64,000 nt of DNA from Bacteroidaceae bacterium (GCA_017458585.1 JAFTAJ010000040.1:5422-69421); one strand, 5' to 3'. Shown: positions 34,401-42,271, counted from the stretch's first letter. Numbers and translations are program-made. The notes: generated from the letters alone by a model not told the origin.

Positions 34401-35063
34401 TGTGCCGCCCTTGTGGGTGGTTACATTCTCCAGAATATACTGGCTGTTATTGCCACGGCTCTGTATTCTGTACAAGCCACCTCTGGCTAACTGGAAGCTC
34501 ACCAGATTGCCGCCCGTCAGCTCGTCGGGATTGAGCACCTGAGCCTCATATATGGTCCAGTCGCTATTGCCATTGAAGGTGGGCGCAGTACCGTAGGCCA
34601 CCATCTGTGTGCCGTTGCTGTCCATGTAGTAGCTGGAACCCTTCACTGCCCAGTGGCCGGCGGAGCTGTTGATGCTCTCAAAGGTGAGCTTGCCCGCTTC
34701 AGATATATTGGCGGTGAAGCCCGGTGCTGCGTTCCATGTCGCGAGGTCCTTCATATATTTGCCCTCTGCGGTCTGCACATAGTACTTGCCGTCGCCCGCA
34801 TCTATCAGGCGATAGAGGTAAGGAGCACTCTCCTGCACACTGCTACAGTCCACCAGTAGGGTAGAGCGGTGGCCACCGGTGCCATAGAGATACACTTTGC
34901 GGCCTACATTATAGAAAACATACCATTTGTCGGTGGTGACCGTGTATCGGCACACGGGGTCAACCTTCACGGCAAAATTGGGGTCGAGGTCCTCTACGAG
35001 AGCCTTGACGGGGCTTGCTGCTATCATACACAGCAATGCGAGTAATGATAAAAACTTTTTCAT
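31500..35063 (-). CDS. M60-like (enhancin-type) metallopeptidase with ricin-type beta-trefoil repeats and T9SS C-terminal sorting domain
   Basis: 1187 aa with a signal peptide and several QxW-type lectin repeats (QMWIIEH, SEWILQP, QYWKITR, QWWQVEP, AQWILNR). The zinc motif is HETGHVHQ. The C-terminus YDLFGRQV...GNVYIQNGVKVRY is CTD-like. Confidence 0.75.
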   Translation of the reverse strand: MKKFLSLLALLCMIAASPVKALVEDLDPNFAVKVDPVCRYTVTTDKWYVFYNVGRKVYLYGTGGHRSTLLVDCSSVQESAPYLYRLIDAGDGKYYVQTAEGKYMKDLATWNAAPGFTANISEAGKLTFESINSSAGHWAVKGSSYYMDSNGTQMVAYGTAPTFNGNSDWTIYEAQVLNPDELTGGNLVSFQLARGGLYRIQSRGNNSQYILENVTTHKGGTGTRSNQAMSQMWIIEHGDDGFSLRNAKTGDYLQSNYSCTASKYFWTIQLSPNNTSDDDKYIVICHGEVQSGKSNCANLKSGSSGLTDWYYNNDRNSEWILQPVASSEVDAAAVKANLDNVLGVGTLDLDAGVYYTITNLSDGKVMAERKGDNNIVTMDLTEDAWEQYWKITRNDEDGTYSLQNVFSKRFINRKASSPSSACNGTYMTTVNSGNSQWWQVEPSAYAWTSSYNIIEPLKPETGLGAKGNVGVNSDINNTTAQWILNRVDLTDEQLQAAADAYEEYNLIYNTSSTVLNTRLQTYFSDYAFTELKDEYKEMSDDDFTAAMQETGLPKTLINMALKIKNDTWGHREKEFRIYDYEAYSDPTKWNSGSLVGTSYQFSPQTAPTGISVKAGDVILIFAGANAPANSTLTFSSNKGYEINPSVTQLKRGVNVFVPSDEGHLFIHYTVTSTNKKLADFQPITIHIEGGRVQGYFDITRGHTNADWKDMVENLFQDEIVHLKSKYYEYNMNYVELKKQIKDSELDEIDTDGIAKGIEGTLHRWDDLVAVQRDLMNANRFADRFNCMLSASSSSDGNPYATTYGTYYPGVGTIMNYDAMTHGKENDNGANFWCIAHETGHVHQNLINLAGCTEISNNFFSQVNTWMQGSNTGRGGPWKEARNAFYAGKFWNDYDLWQRCRMYFQLWLYFHLMEHNTTFYQQLFDKFRESPIQMSTNASNPGSGTTDYLKFAKFCCDIAQADLSEFFEFWGFFVPVKDYVISDYSTKYMTTTQAEIDAAIAYMQKYPKKLGNIMFIDERIQKYPADYPGMAEGTMRVATTSEATPGDASEVGQTGMFTDFVDGAPYRKYSCMYRSKTKEMLISGGQGAVGFKFYNANHKMIYADNNYTIKMPDDLIGTEFYVVAALGDGSDLIIYDPRGLTAINDATVAVDEDAAFDPAKPAYDLFGRQVANPQRGNVYIQNGVKVRY

Positions 35064-35161
35064 TTGATTATTGGTGTTAGATTTTTACTTGGTTAAGCAA
35101 GCACACCGCGCCAGGCATCTACCAAAGCATTTCCTTAAGTGCGCAATTATGCTATTAAATG

Positions 35162-35169
35162 CAAAGATA
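35162..35169 (-). promoter_or_regulatory. putative -7 box TATCTTTG for the M60-like gene
   Basis: The plus strand reads caaagata, 99 nt upstream of 35063. Confidence 0.4.
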
Positions 35170-35243
35170 AACATTCTGTTTGGAATAACCAAAAGAAACG
35201 TCCAATATTCGCAAAAAACACCCACAAATATCTGTTTGCACCA

Positions 35244-35278
35244 CAAAAAAAGCGAGCGTAGCCATTTGCTACACTCGC
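35244..35278 (-). terminator. rho-independent terminator of the gcv-lpd operon
   Basis: Hairpin GCGAG(C/T)GTAGC...GCTAC(A)CTCGC (35252-35278), followed on the minus strand by a U-run (A-run 35244-35251 on plus). Confidence 0.65.
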
Positions 35279-35321
35279 AATTTATGCTAAATTATCTATA
35301 ACCACTAACCTCTAACCTTTC

Positions 35322-35350
35322 CTCCCCTTAGAGGGGGAGTTAGAGGGGGT
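35322..35350. repeat. GC hairpin element CTCCCC-ttagag-GGGGAG + ttagaggggg
   Basis: It resembles the CCCCTA..TAGGGG hairpins at 26744, 28459, 43521 and 47652. It lies between the lpd stop and its terminator. Confidence 0.6.
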
Positions 35351-35357
35351 CCGTCAC

Positions 35358-36704
35358 CTATGCGTGCGCCGCATTGAGGATTACCTCGCCCAGGGTGGGG
35401 TGGGCATGCACAATGTCTGCCAGTTCGGAGAGCTTGGCGTCTTTGTTCATCAGCGCAGCTATTTCCTGAATGAGGTCAGCAGAGTGGGGGCCATACATGT
35501 GGCAGCCGATGATGGTGTCGTCCTCGTCGGTGAGAATCTTCACCATACCGTCGCTCTCGTTCATGGCCAACGCCTTACCATTGGCGCGGAAGAATGACTT
35601 ATGTGCCTTTGCGTTGATACCGTTCTCCTTGCAGTACTCGGCGGTGAGGCCCACTGTTGCTGCCTCGGGATTGGTGAACACTGCGGCAGGCATGATATCG
35701 AGCCGTATGTTGTCCTTCTTGCCAAGTATTACATTGAGCACATGCTGTCCCTGGAAACTGGCGGCATGGGCGAGCTGGCACTTGCCGTTGACATCGCCGA
35801 TAGCGTAGATGCCATCCACATTGGTGCGAAAGTCATCGTCGGTCACTATGCCGCGACGGTCTGTCTCGATGCCCACATCCTCAAGGTTGAGCGACGCAGT
35901 GTTGGCACCGCGTCCCACTGCCATGAGCACTATATCGGTGTCCACGCTTTCCTCCTTGTCCTTGAGCATATAGGTGACGGCGTAGTGGTCGCCCTCATCC
36001 TTGATGCCGTTGACGGCAGCATTGTTGATGATGTTGATGCCCTTGCCCTTAAGCGATGCCTTGAGGCGCTTGGCTATGTCGGCGTCGAAGTTGGGGAGTA
36101 TCTCCTTGCAGTACTCCAGCACCGTCACCTCCGAGCCGAAGGCGTTGAAGATGGAGGCAAACTCCATGCCTATCACGCCGCCACCGATTACTGCCAGTCG
36201 CTGGGGCACCTCCGTGATGTCGAGCATCTCCGTGGAGGTGAGCACCTTGGGCAGGTCCTTGCCCGGGATGGGCAGAAACTTGGTCACACTGCCGGTGGCA
36301 ATGATGATGTTGGGCGCCGTGTATGTCTCGCCTTCCACCTCTATGGTCTTGGCATCCACAAACTTTGCCTTGCCGTTGGCGCGGATGATGTTGGGGTGCT
36401 TGAGCAGTGCCTCTATGCCGCTGACAAGTGTGCTGACCACCTCGTTCTTGCGGGCAACGACTTGCTGCATATTCACGGGAGAATATTGAGCCTTGATGCC
36501 GAGCAGCTCGGCCTCCTTCAGTTCGCTGACCAGCTCCGCGTTCTTGCAGAAGCACTTGGTGGGTATGCAGCCGACATTGAGACAGGTGCCGCCGAGGTTG
36601 TCCTTCTCGGCAATCACCGTCTTCAGTCCTGCATGCGCAGCCTTCACCGCGGTCTCATAGCCGCCGGGGCCTGCACCGATGATTATTAAGTCTGCCTGTT
36701 GCAT
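35358..36704 (-). CDS. lpdA: dihydrolipoyl dehydrogenase (L protein / E3)
   Basis: 448 aa with the FAD motif GAGPGGY, the redox disulfide GGTCLNVGCIPTK, and the C-terminal HAHPTL. Confidence 0.9.
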   Translation of the reverse strand: MQQADLIIIGAGPGGYETAVKAAHAGLKTVIAEKDNLGGTCLNVGCIPTKCFCKNAELVSELKEAELLGIKAQYSPVNMQQVVARKNEVVSTLVSGIEALLKHPNIIRANGKAKFVDAKTIEVEGETYTAPNIIIATGSVTKFLPIPGKDLPKVLTSTEMLDITEVPQRLAVIGGGVIGMEFASIFNAFGSEVTVLEYCKEILPNFDADIAKRLKASLKGKGINIINNAAVNGIKDEGDHYAVTYMLKDKEESVDTDIVLMAVGRGANTASLNLEDVGIETDRRGIVTDDDFRTNVDGIYAIGDVNGKCQLAHAASFQGQHVLNVILGKKDNIRLDIMPAAVFTNPEAATVGLTAEYCKENGINAKAHKSFFRANGKALAMNESDGMVKILTDEDDTIIGCHMYGPHSADLIQEIAALMNKDAKLSELADIVHAHPTLGEVILNAAHA

Positions 36705-36728
36705 GTTGCTACACCTTATTTATATATA

Positions 36729-38183
36729 TTATAGGTATGCCTTGTAGGTCAGCTTGGGCTCCTTCACTGCCTTCACGTCGTCCACGCGGGTGATGGGTGC
36801 CTTGTGGGGAGCAGTCTTGACCATCTCGGGATCTTCGGCAGCCTCCTTGGCAATCTGCTTCATCACCTTGATAAACTCGTCAATGGTGTCCTTGCTCTCC
36901 GTCTCGGTGGGCTCTATCATCAGTGCCTCGTGGAAGAGGAGCGGGAAGTAGATGGTCGGGGCGTGGAAGCCGTAGTCCAGCAGACGCTTGGCCACGTCGA
37001 GGGTAGTGACGTGCTGGCTCTTGTCGATAAGGCCGTTAAACACAAACTCGTGCTTGCACAATCCCTGTATGGGCAACTCGTAGCAGTCCTTGAGGCTTTC
37101 CTTGATGTAGTTGGCGTTGAGCACAGCCAGCGAGCCCATCTTAGCAAACTGCTCCTTGCCTGCACTGAGTAGGAAGGTATAGGCCCTGAGCACCACGGCG
37201 TAGTTGCCAAAGAAACCGCTGATGCTGCCGAGGCTGTCCTCGTCGTAGTTGACATAGAAGGTGCCGTCGGCTGCCTTCTTCACCTGCGGGTTAGGCAGGT
37301 AAGCCTCCAGTCCGGCTCTCACGCCGATGGGACCGGCACCGGGACCGCCACCACCGTGGGGAGTGGAGAAGGTCTTGTGCAGGTTGATGTGCATCACGTC
37401 GAAGCCCATGTCGCCTGGACGGCATACGCCGAGCAGCGGGTTGAGGTTGGCTCCGTCGTAGTACATCAGACCGCCGCACTCATGCACCAACTTGGCAATC
37501 TCAGGAATCTTTGTCTCGAAGATACCCAGCGTGTTAGGGTTGGTCATCATCATGCCGGCCACACCGTCGCCAAGCAGCGGCTTGAGGTCATCCACGTCAA
37601 CGGTGCCGTCTGCAGTGGACTTCACCTCTACCACCTCCAGTCCGCACACTGCGGCAGAGGCGGGGTTGGTGCCGTGGGCAGAGTCGGGAATGATAATCTT
37701 GGTGCGCTTCAGGTCGCCGCGCTTCATGTGGTAGTTGCGGATAACCATCAGGCCTGTCAGCTCACCGTGTGCTCCGGCAAACGGATTGAGCGTAAACTCG
37801 CTCATGCCGCCCAGTTCGGAGAGTATCTTCTGGGTGTTGTAGTAAACCTCGAGTGCGCCCTGCACGGTGCTGGCGGGAGCCAGCGGATGCAGCCCTGCAA
37901 AGGCGGGGTGGGTGGCATTCTCTTCGTTTATCTTGGGGTTGTACTTCATGGTGCAGGAGCCCAGGGGATAGAAGCCCGTGTCCACACCGAAGTTATTGTT
38001 GCTCATGTTGGTGTAGTGGCGCACCACCGTCTGCTCGTCAGCCTCGGGCAGCATCGTCTCGCTCTGGCGACTGATGCTGGCGGGGATGGCGTAGCCCTTA
38101 AACTCGTTGGCAGGGAGCGAGTAGCCCTTGCGTCCCTTCTTAGAGAGCTCAAAAATAAGTGTTCCGTAATATGTGCTGTTCAT
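36729..38183 (-). CDS. gcvPB: glycine dehydrogenase (aminomethyl-transferring) subunit 2
   Basis: 484 aa with the PLP-lysine region HINLHKTFSTPHGGGGPG. Confidence 0.9.
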   Translation of the reverse strand: MNSTYYGTLIFELSKKGRKGYSLPANEFKGYAIPASISRQSETMLPEADEQTVVRHYTNMSNNNFGVDTGFYPLGSCTMKYNPKINEENATHPAFAGLHPLAPASTVQGALEVYYNTQKILSELGGMSEFTLNPFAGAHGELTGLMVIRNYHMKRGDLKRTKIIIPDSAHGTNPASAAVCGLEVVEVKSTADGTVDVDDLKPLLGDGVAGMMMTNPNTLGIFETKIPEIAKLVHECGGLMYYDGANLNPLLGVCRPGDMGFDVMHINLHKTFSTPHGGGGPGAGPIGVRAGLEAYLPNPQVKKAADGTFYVNYDEDSLGSISGFFGNYAVVLRAYTFLLSAGKEQFAKMGSLAVLNANYIKESLKDCYELPIQGLCKHEFVFNGLIDKSQHVTTLDVAKRLLDYGFHAPTIYFPLLFHEALMIEPTETESKDTIDEFIKVMKQIAKEAAEDPEMVKTAPHKAPITRVDDVKAVKEPKLTYKAYL

Positions 38184-38187
38184 AATC

Positions 38188-39519
38188 TTAAGCTTCTTTA
38201 ATCAGTTCAACAAGTTTATCTATCTCTGCCTTGGAGCGCTGCTCGGTAACAGCAAACATAATAGCATTGTCCACACCCTCAGGCTTGAGACCGCCGAGGA
38301 TGCCGTTGTCCAGCAGTTTCTGCTGCAGCTTGCCCACGTCGAGCGAGGTCTTCACAACAAACTCGTTGAAGAACGTCTGTCCCTCAAACGCAGGTGTAAA
38401 CTTGCCCGTCTTCAGCAACTCGTCGTAGAGGTAGTGTGCACCGGCATAGCTCTGCTCGTTCACCTCCTTCAGTCCCTGCGGTCCCATCAGCGACATGTAG
38501 ATGGTCACCATCAGCGTCATGATGCCTTGGTTGGAGCAGATGTTGGAGGTAGCCTTCTGGCGGCGGATATGCTGCTCGCGAGCCTGCATGGTCAGCACGA
38601 AGGTGCGCTTGCCGTTATGGTCGGTGGTGCCGCCCACGATACGGCCTGGCATCTTGCGTACCAATGCCTCCTTGGCGCAGAAGTAACCGAGATACGGGCC
38701 ACCGAAGCTCATCGGCAGACCCAGCGACTGGGCGTCGCCCACTGCGATGTCGGCACCCCATTCGCCCGGTGTCTTCAGGGCGGCCAGCGTGCTGGCGGGA
38801 GCGTTGATGACTAGCAATGCCTTCTGCTCGTGACACATGTCGGCCACGCCGGTCAGGTCTTCCACAATGCCGTAGTAGTTGGGCTGGCCGATAATCACAC
38901 CTGCGCTCTCACCCTTGGCCAACTCTGCGGCGAGGGCTGCCTTGTCGGTAGCGCCGTTGAGGGTAGGGATGAGCTTGATGGTCACACCGTGGTACTTGGC
39001 GTAGGTCTCCACCACGCGGATAACGGCGGGGTTGAGGGCTGCGCTCACCAGCACCTGATTCTTTTTCTTGGCGTTGGCGACGGCCATCATCATTGCCTCG
39101 GCGGTAGCGGTGGCACCGTCATACATGCTGGCGTTGCTGATGTCCATGCCTGTGAGGTCGGCCATCAATGTCTGGTACTCGAAGATATACTGCAGTGTGC
39201 CCTGCGATATCTCTGCCTGATAAGGAGTGTAGCTTGTCAGGAACTCACTGCGCTGGGTGATGTAGCCAATCACCGAGGGCGTGTAGTGGTCATACACACC
39301 GCCACCGGCGAAGCATACCAGCTGCTTGTTCTTGTCGCCCAGAGCCTTGAAGTGCTTGCGTATGTCAACCTCCGACATCTCCGACGGGATGTCATAGTCG
39401 CGCTTCAGCTTCAGCTCCTCGGGCACCTCAGCATAAAGGTCGGCCAGCGTGTTCACGCCGGCCACCTTAAGCATTTGTTGGATATCCTCTTCGGTGTGAG
39501 GAAAATACTTGTAAGCCAT
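38188..39519 (-). CDS. gcvPA: glycine dehydrogenase (aminomethyl-transferring) subunit 1
   Basis: 443 aa. SYTPYQAEISQGTLQ is typical of the P-protein alpha subunit. Confidence 0.9.
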   Translation of the reverse strand: MAYKYFPHTEEDIQQMLKVAGVNTLADLYAEVPEELKLKRDYDIPSEMSEVDIRKHFKALGDKNKQLVCFAGGGVYDHYTPSVIGYITQRSEFLTSYTPYQAEISQGTLQYIFEYQTLMADLTGMDISNASMYDGATATAEAMMMAVANAKKKNQVLVSAALNPAVIRVVETYAKYHGVTIKLIPTLNGATDKAALAAELAKGESAGVIIGQPNYYGIVEDLTGVADMCHEQKALLVINAPASTLAALKTPGEWGADIAVGDAQSLGLPMSFGGPYLGYFCAKEALVRKMPGRIVGGTTDHNGKRTFVLTMQAREQHIRRQKATSNICSNQGIMTLMVTIYMSLMGPQGLKEVNEQSYAGAHYLYDELLKTGKFTPAFEGQTFFNEFVVKTSLDVGKLQQKLLDNGILGGLKPEGVDNAIMFAVTEQRSKAEIDKLVELIKEA

Positions 39520-39534
39520 TTCGTCAGTCCGTTT

Positions 39535-39912
39535 TTAGCTGCACAGTCCCTCGTAGGCAGCAGCATCCATCAGATTGTCAAGCTCGCTCTTGTCGCTCAG
39601 CTGCACCTTGATGATCCAGTTGGCGAAAGCATCCTCGTTGATCTTCTCGGGGCTGTCGGCCAGCTCCTCGTTTACCTCAACAACGGTGCCCGACACGGGG
39701 GAGATCAGGTCGCTGGCAGCCTTCACGCTCTCTACAGCGCCAAACTCCTCGCCCTGGGTTACCTCGTCGTCCACCTCGGGAGCGTCAACGTAAACCACGT
39801 TGCCCAGCTGCTCCTGAGCATAATCAGTGATACCAACATAGCCGAAGTCGCCTTCAACCTTTACATACTCGTGGCTCTCTGCATAGTAGAGCCCTTCAAT
39901 TACTTTTGCCAT
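39535..39912 (-). CDS. gcvH: glycine cleavage system H protein
   Basis: 125 aa with the lipoyl-lysine motif VESVKAASD. Confidence 0.92.
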   Translation of the reverse strand: MAKVIEGLYYAESHEYVKVEGDFGYVGITDYAQEQLGNVVYVDAPEVDDEVTQGEEFGAVESVKAASDLISPVSGTVVEVNEELADSPEKINEDAFANWIIKVQLSDKSELDNLMDAAAYEGLCS

Positions 39913-39937
39913 AATCTTATTGTTTAATGTTTAATGA

Positions 39938-40005
39938 TATTGTCTTTAACTTCTAGCCCGCTTGCGGGCGTTAACTCCTTTAACTTCTTTAACTTCGTTA
40001 ACTTC
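39938..40005. repeat. CUUG-hairpin + 9-nt (T/G)TTAACTTC unit element, copy 1 (4 units)
   Basis: tattgtctttaacttctaGCCCGCttGCGGGCgttaactcctttaacttctttaacttcgttaacttc. The first 39 nt are identical to 62497-62535. It ends at the gcvT stop codon. Confidence 0.9.
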
Positions 40006-41106
40006 TTATTTTTTGTAGCTCTTATCGTAGAAGCGCTTCTTCACCACCGTGCCCGGATGCACCTTGCGGTGTATGCGCACGGCCAGCTCAGTGCCCAGTT
40101 TCATGTAGGCAGCGTCCACCAGAGCGAAGCACACCGACTTGTCGGTCATGATGGTGCGGTAGCCCGTGGTCACCTCACCAATCACCTCGTCGTTGGCGTT
40201 CACCACCTCGTAGCCGTGGCGCGGGATAGCCTTGTCGTCGTCAGCCAGGGCGATGCCCACCAGCTTCTTGGCTACACCATTAGCTTTCTGCTCCACCAGC
40301 ACATCCTTTCCGATGAACTCCTCCTTGTCCAGCTTGGCAAACATGCCCAGACCGGCCATGATGGGAGATATCTCTGCGCTCAGCTCGTCGCCGTAGAGCG
40401 GCAGACCTACCTCAAAGCGCAGCGTGTCGCGGCAGCCCAGACCACACGGTGTCACGCCGGCAGCAATCAGCTTGTCCCATGCCTGCTGTATATACTTGTG
40501 CGAGCCGTATATCTCAAAGCCGTCCTCGCCCGTGTAGCCGGTGCGGCTGGCGATAATCGTCTCGCCGTCCACGTCAATCTTCTTAAAGGTATAGAACACC
40601 AGGTCCTTCACGTCCAGACCCAGCACCTCCACCACCTTGGCCTCGGCCTCGGGGCCCTGCACGGCAATCTGGCCGTAGTAGTCGCTCTGGTGGTTCACCT
40701 TCACATTGTAGTCCTTAGCCTGCTCCTCAATCCATGCCACATCCTTGTCGATGTTGGCGGCATTGATCACCAGGAAGAACTTGCCGTCGCCCTCGCAGTA
40801 CACCAGCAGGTCGTCCACGCAGCCACCGGTGGGGTAGAGCATCATACCGTAGAATATCTTGCCGGGCTCAGCGCCAGCCACATCGTTAGTGAAAATATGC
40901 TGCACAAATTTCTCTGCCTCGGGACCGGTGATCTCCACCTCGCCCATGTGGCTCACGTCGAAGATGCCCACCTTCTGCCTTACAGCCAGGTGCTCGTCCT
41001 TGATGTTACTGTACTGTATCGGCATGTCGAAGCCGCCGAACGGACTGATCATGGCTCCCAGAGCCACGTGCTTGTCATACAAACAAGTCTTTTTGTTTTC
41101 TGCCAT
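40006..41106 (-). CDS. gcvT: glycine cleavage system aminomethyltransferase T
   Basis: 366 aa with an N-terminus like MAENKKT.LYDKHVALGA and the GcvT fold motifs. Confidence 0.92.
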   Translation of the reverse strand: MAENKKTCLYDKHVALGAMISPFGGFDMPIQYSNIKDEHLAVRQKVGIFDVSHMGEVEITGPEAEKFVQHIFTNDVAGAEPGKIFYGMMLYPTGGCVDDLLVYCEGDGKFFLVINAANIDKDVAWIEEQAKDYNVKVNHQSDYYGQIAVQGPEAEAKVVEVLGLDVKDLVFYTFKKIDVDGETIIASRTGYTGEDGFEIYGSHKYIQQAWDKLIAAGVTPCGLGCRDTLRFEVGLPLYGDELSAEISPIMAGLGMFAKLDKEEFIGKDVLVEQKANGVAKKLVGIALADDDKAIPRHGYEVVNANDEVIGEVTTGYRTIMTDKSVCFALVDAAYMKLGTELAVRIHRKVHPGTVVKKRFYDKSYKK

Positions 41107-41236
41107 TGCTTATTTAGTTTTTAAGTTTGAAAATTCTATAGTTGAGTAGATAAATGTAGATAGAGGTAGTTAAAAGTAGATAGAGGACGACAGTCGAACT
41201 CTTAAACTTCTTGAGCCCATTAAATATTTTTTTTGT

Positions 41237-41477
41237 GTTTTTGCCAATGAGCCGTGAGCGTCATTCGTCGATGTAAGATGTAATATGTATGACGTAAGGC
41301 ATTTTTTGTGTTTTTGCTTTTCAAGAGTTTTTAATCCGTCAGGATGTGACGGGGCTTCGACAGGAGGATGACGGAAGTTCACTTACGGACAGACTCGTGG
41401 CGACAGCCTCGGCCTCAGCACAAAGTGCTAAGCTCTTGAAAAGAGTTTTTCTTGTTTTCGTTATCGTTTTCGTTTAA
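41237..41477 (-). repeat. ~240-nt composite structured element, copy A (AACGAAA array, covarying stem-loop, 81-nt conserved block)
   Basis: The reverse complement of 41237-41317 matches 59521-59601 at 77/81 positions. The 11-bp stem is 41317-41327 pairing with 41433-41443. The AACGAAAACGATAACGAAAAC head is at 41454-41477. Confidence 0.85.
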
Positions 41478-41518
41478 TATCTGTGTTATCTGTGATTTCT
41501 GTGTGAGTTTAATATTCT

Positions 41519-42229
41519 TCAATTCTTCAATTCTTCAATTTTATTTGCTTCTTCGCTGCTAAGCGTAACGACCTTCTCACCGCAGAAGAACTCCCGCGCC
41601 CGCGCCTTGAACTCCTCAATCGTGATGCGCTCACCGATGAAGTCCTTCAGCAGACAGATGCGCTGTCGCACACTCTCCACACCCTTGCGGGCCAGCTTCT
41701 CCGTGGACGGCGTGATGGAGGCAAGCATGTGCTCCATGTTAGTGTCGTAGAGCATAGTGCCATGCACGATTATGCGCTCCTGCATCTGATATACAGCCCA
41801 TCCGCTCACCTTGCGGTCGCCGATCATGATGTCGTTATGGTCGGAGGTACATGCCTCCACGCCCATCGAGCGAAGCATTTCCACCACGCGCTGCAGGTAG
41901 TGGCTGAACATCTCTGGTGTCGTCTTGTCTTTGTGGCGCGAGCACACGAAGCTGAACATTATATTGTCCTTGTCCGCATACACGCCGCCTCCGCCGCTCT
42001 TGCGCTGCACGATGTCGATGCCGTGCTCACGGCAGTAGGGTAGGTTCACCTCGTTCTCCAGCACCTGGTTGCGCCCTATTATCACGGTGGGAGCCACCTG
42101 CCAGAGGAAGAAGGCCTCCTCCACCTGTGTGAGGTGCTGCGCCACATACTCCTCCATCGCCAGGTAGAACGACAGGTTATGTGCCTCCTGCTTTGGCAGA
42201 GCTATATATGTGATATTGCCGCTTAACAT
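41519..42229 (-). CDS. lipoate--protein ligase family protein (BPL/LPL catalytic domain)
   Basis: 236 aa. The RKSGGGGVY motif and the position next to the gcv genes support the call. The last codons and stop lie in a TTCAATTC array. Confidence 0.7.
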   Translation of the reverse strand: MLSGNITYIALPKQEAHNLSFYLAMEEYVAQHLTQVEEAFFLWQVAPTVIIGRNQVLENEVNLPYCREHGIDIVQRKSGGGGVYADKDNIMFSFVCSRHKDKTTPEMFSHYLQRVVEMLRSMGVEACTSDHNDIMIGDRKVSGWAVYQMQERIIVHGTMLYDTNMEHMLASITPSTEKLARKGVESVRQRICLLKDFIGERITIEEFKARAREFFCGEKVVTLSSEEANKIEELKN

Positions 42230-42271
42230 TTCACATATAACATTTCACATGTTACATATTATAAATTTCTG

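Noticed and set aside
39970-40005. The resemblance of ATAACTTCG / TTAACTTCGTTAAC units to the loxP arm ATAACTTCGTATA raised the possibility of recombinase sites.
   Set aside because: Only 8-9 nt match, there is no 13-8-13 inverted architecture, and no tyrosine recombinase gene is in the window. I treat it as coincidental.
35601-41124. Very long plus-strand ORFs (35601-36689, 37356-38201, 38830-39927, 39934-41124) lie opposite the gcv-lpd genes. Similar antisense ORFs occur at 46731-47765, 52485-53516, 54154-55149, 57054-57821, 58164-58811, 60530-61261 and 61611-62405.
   Set aside because: They mirror well-supported genes on the other strand, have low-complexity V/H/L/G/A/R-rich translations with no recognisable motifs, and occur exactly where the sense gene is GC3-rich. 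They are shadow ORFs, not genes.
41170-41382. Small ORFs lie inside the composite repeat (41170-41382, 70 aa; 59342-59533, 63 aa) and could be candidate peptides or toxins.
   Set aside because: The two copies share no reading frame. In the frame conserved at the DNA level, copy B has a stop and no start codon. The translations are low-complexity products of the heptamer repeats.
41107-41518. A glycine riboswitch was expected upstream of gcvT.
   Set aside because: I read the minus strand for the conserved aptamer cores (GGAGAG..., ACCGAAGG.GCAA, CUC.GGCAAAAGGAC) and found none. The region is instead occupied by the composite repeat. This needs cmsearch with RF00504 for a definitive negative.
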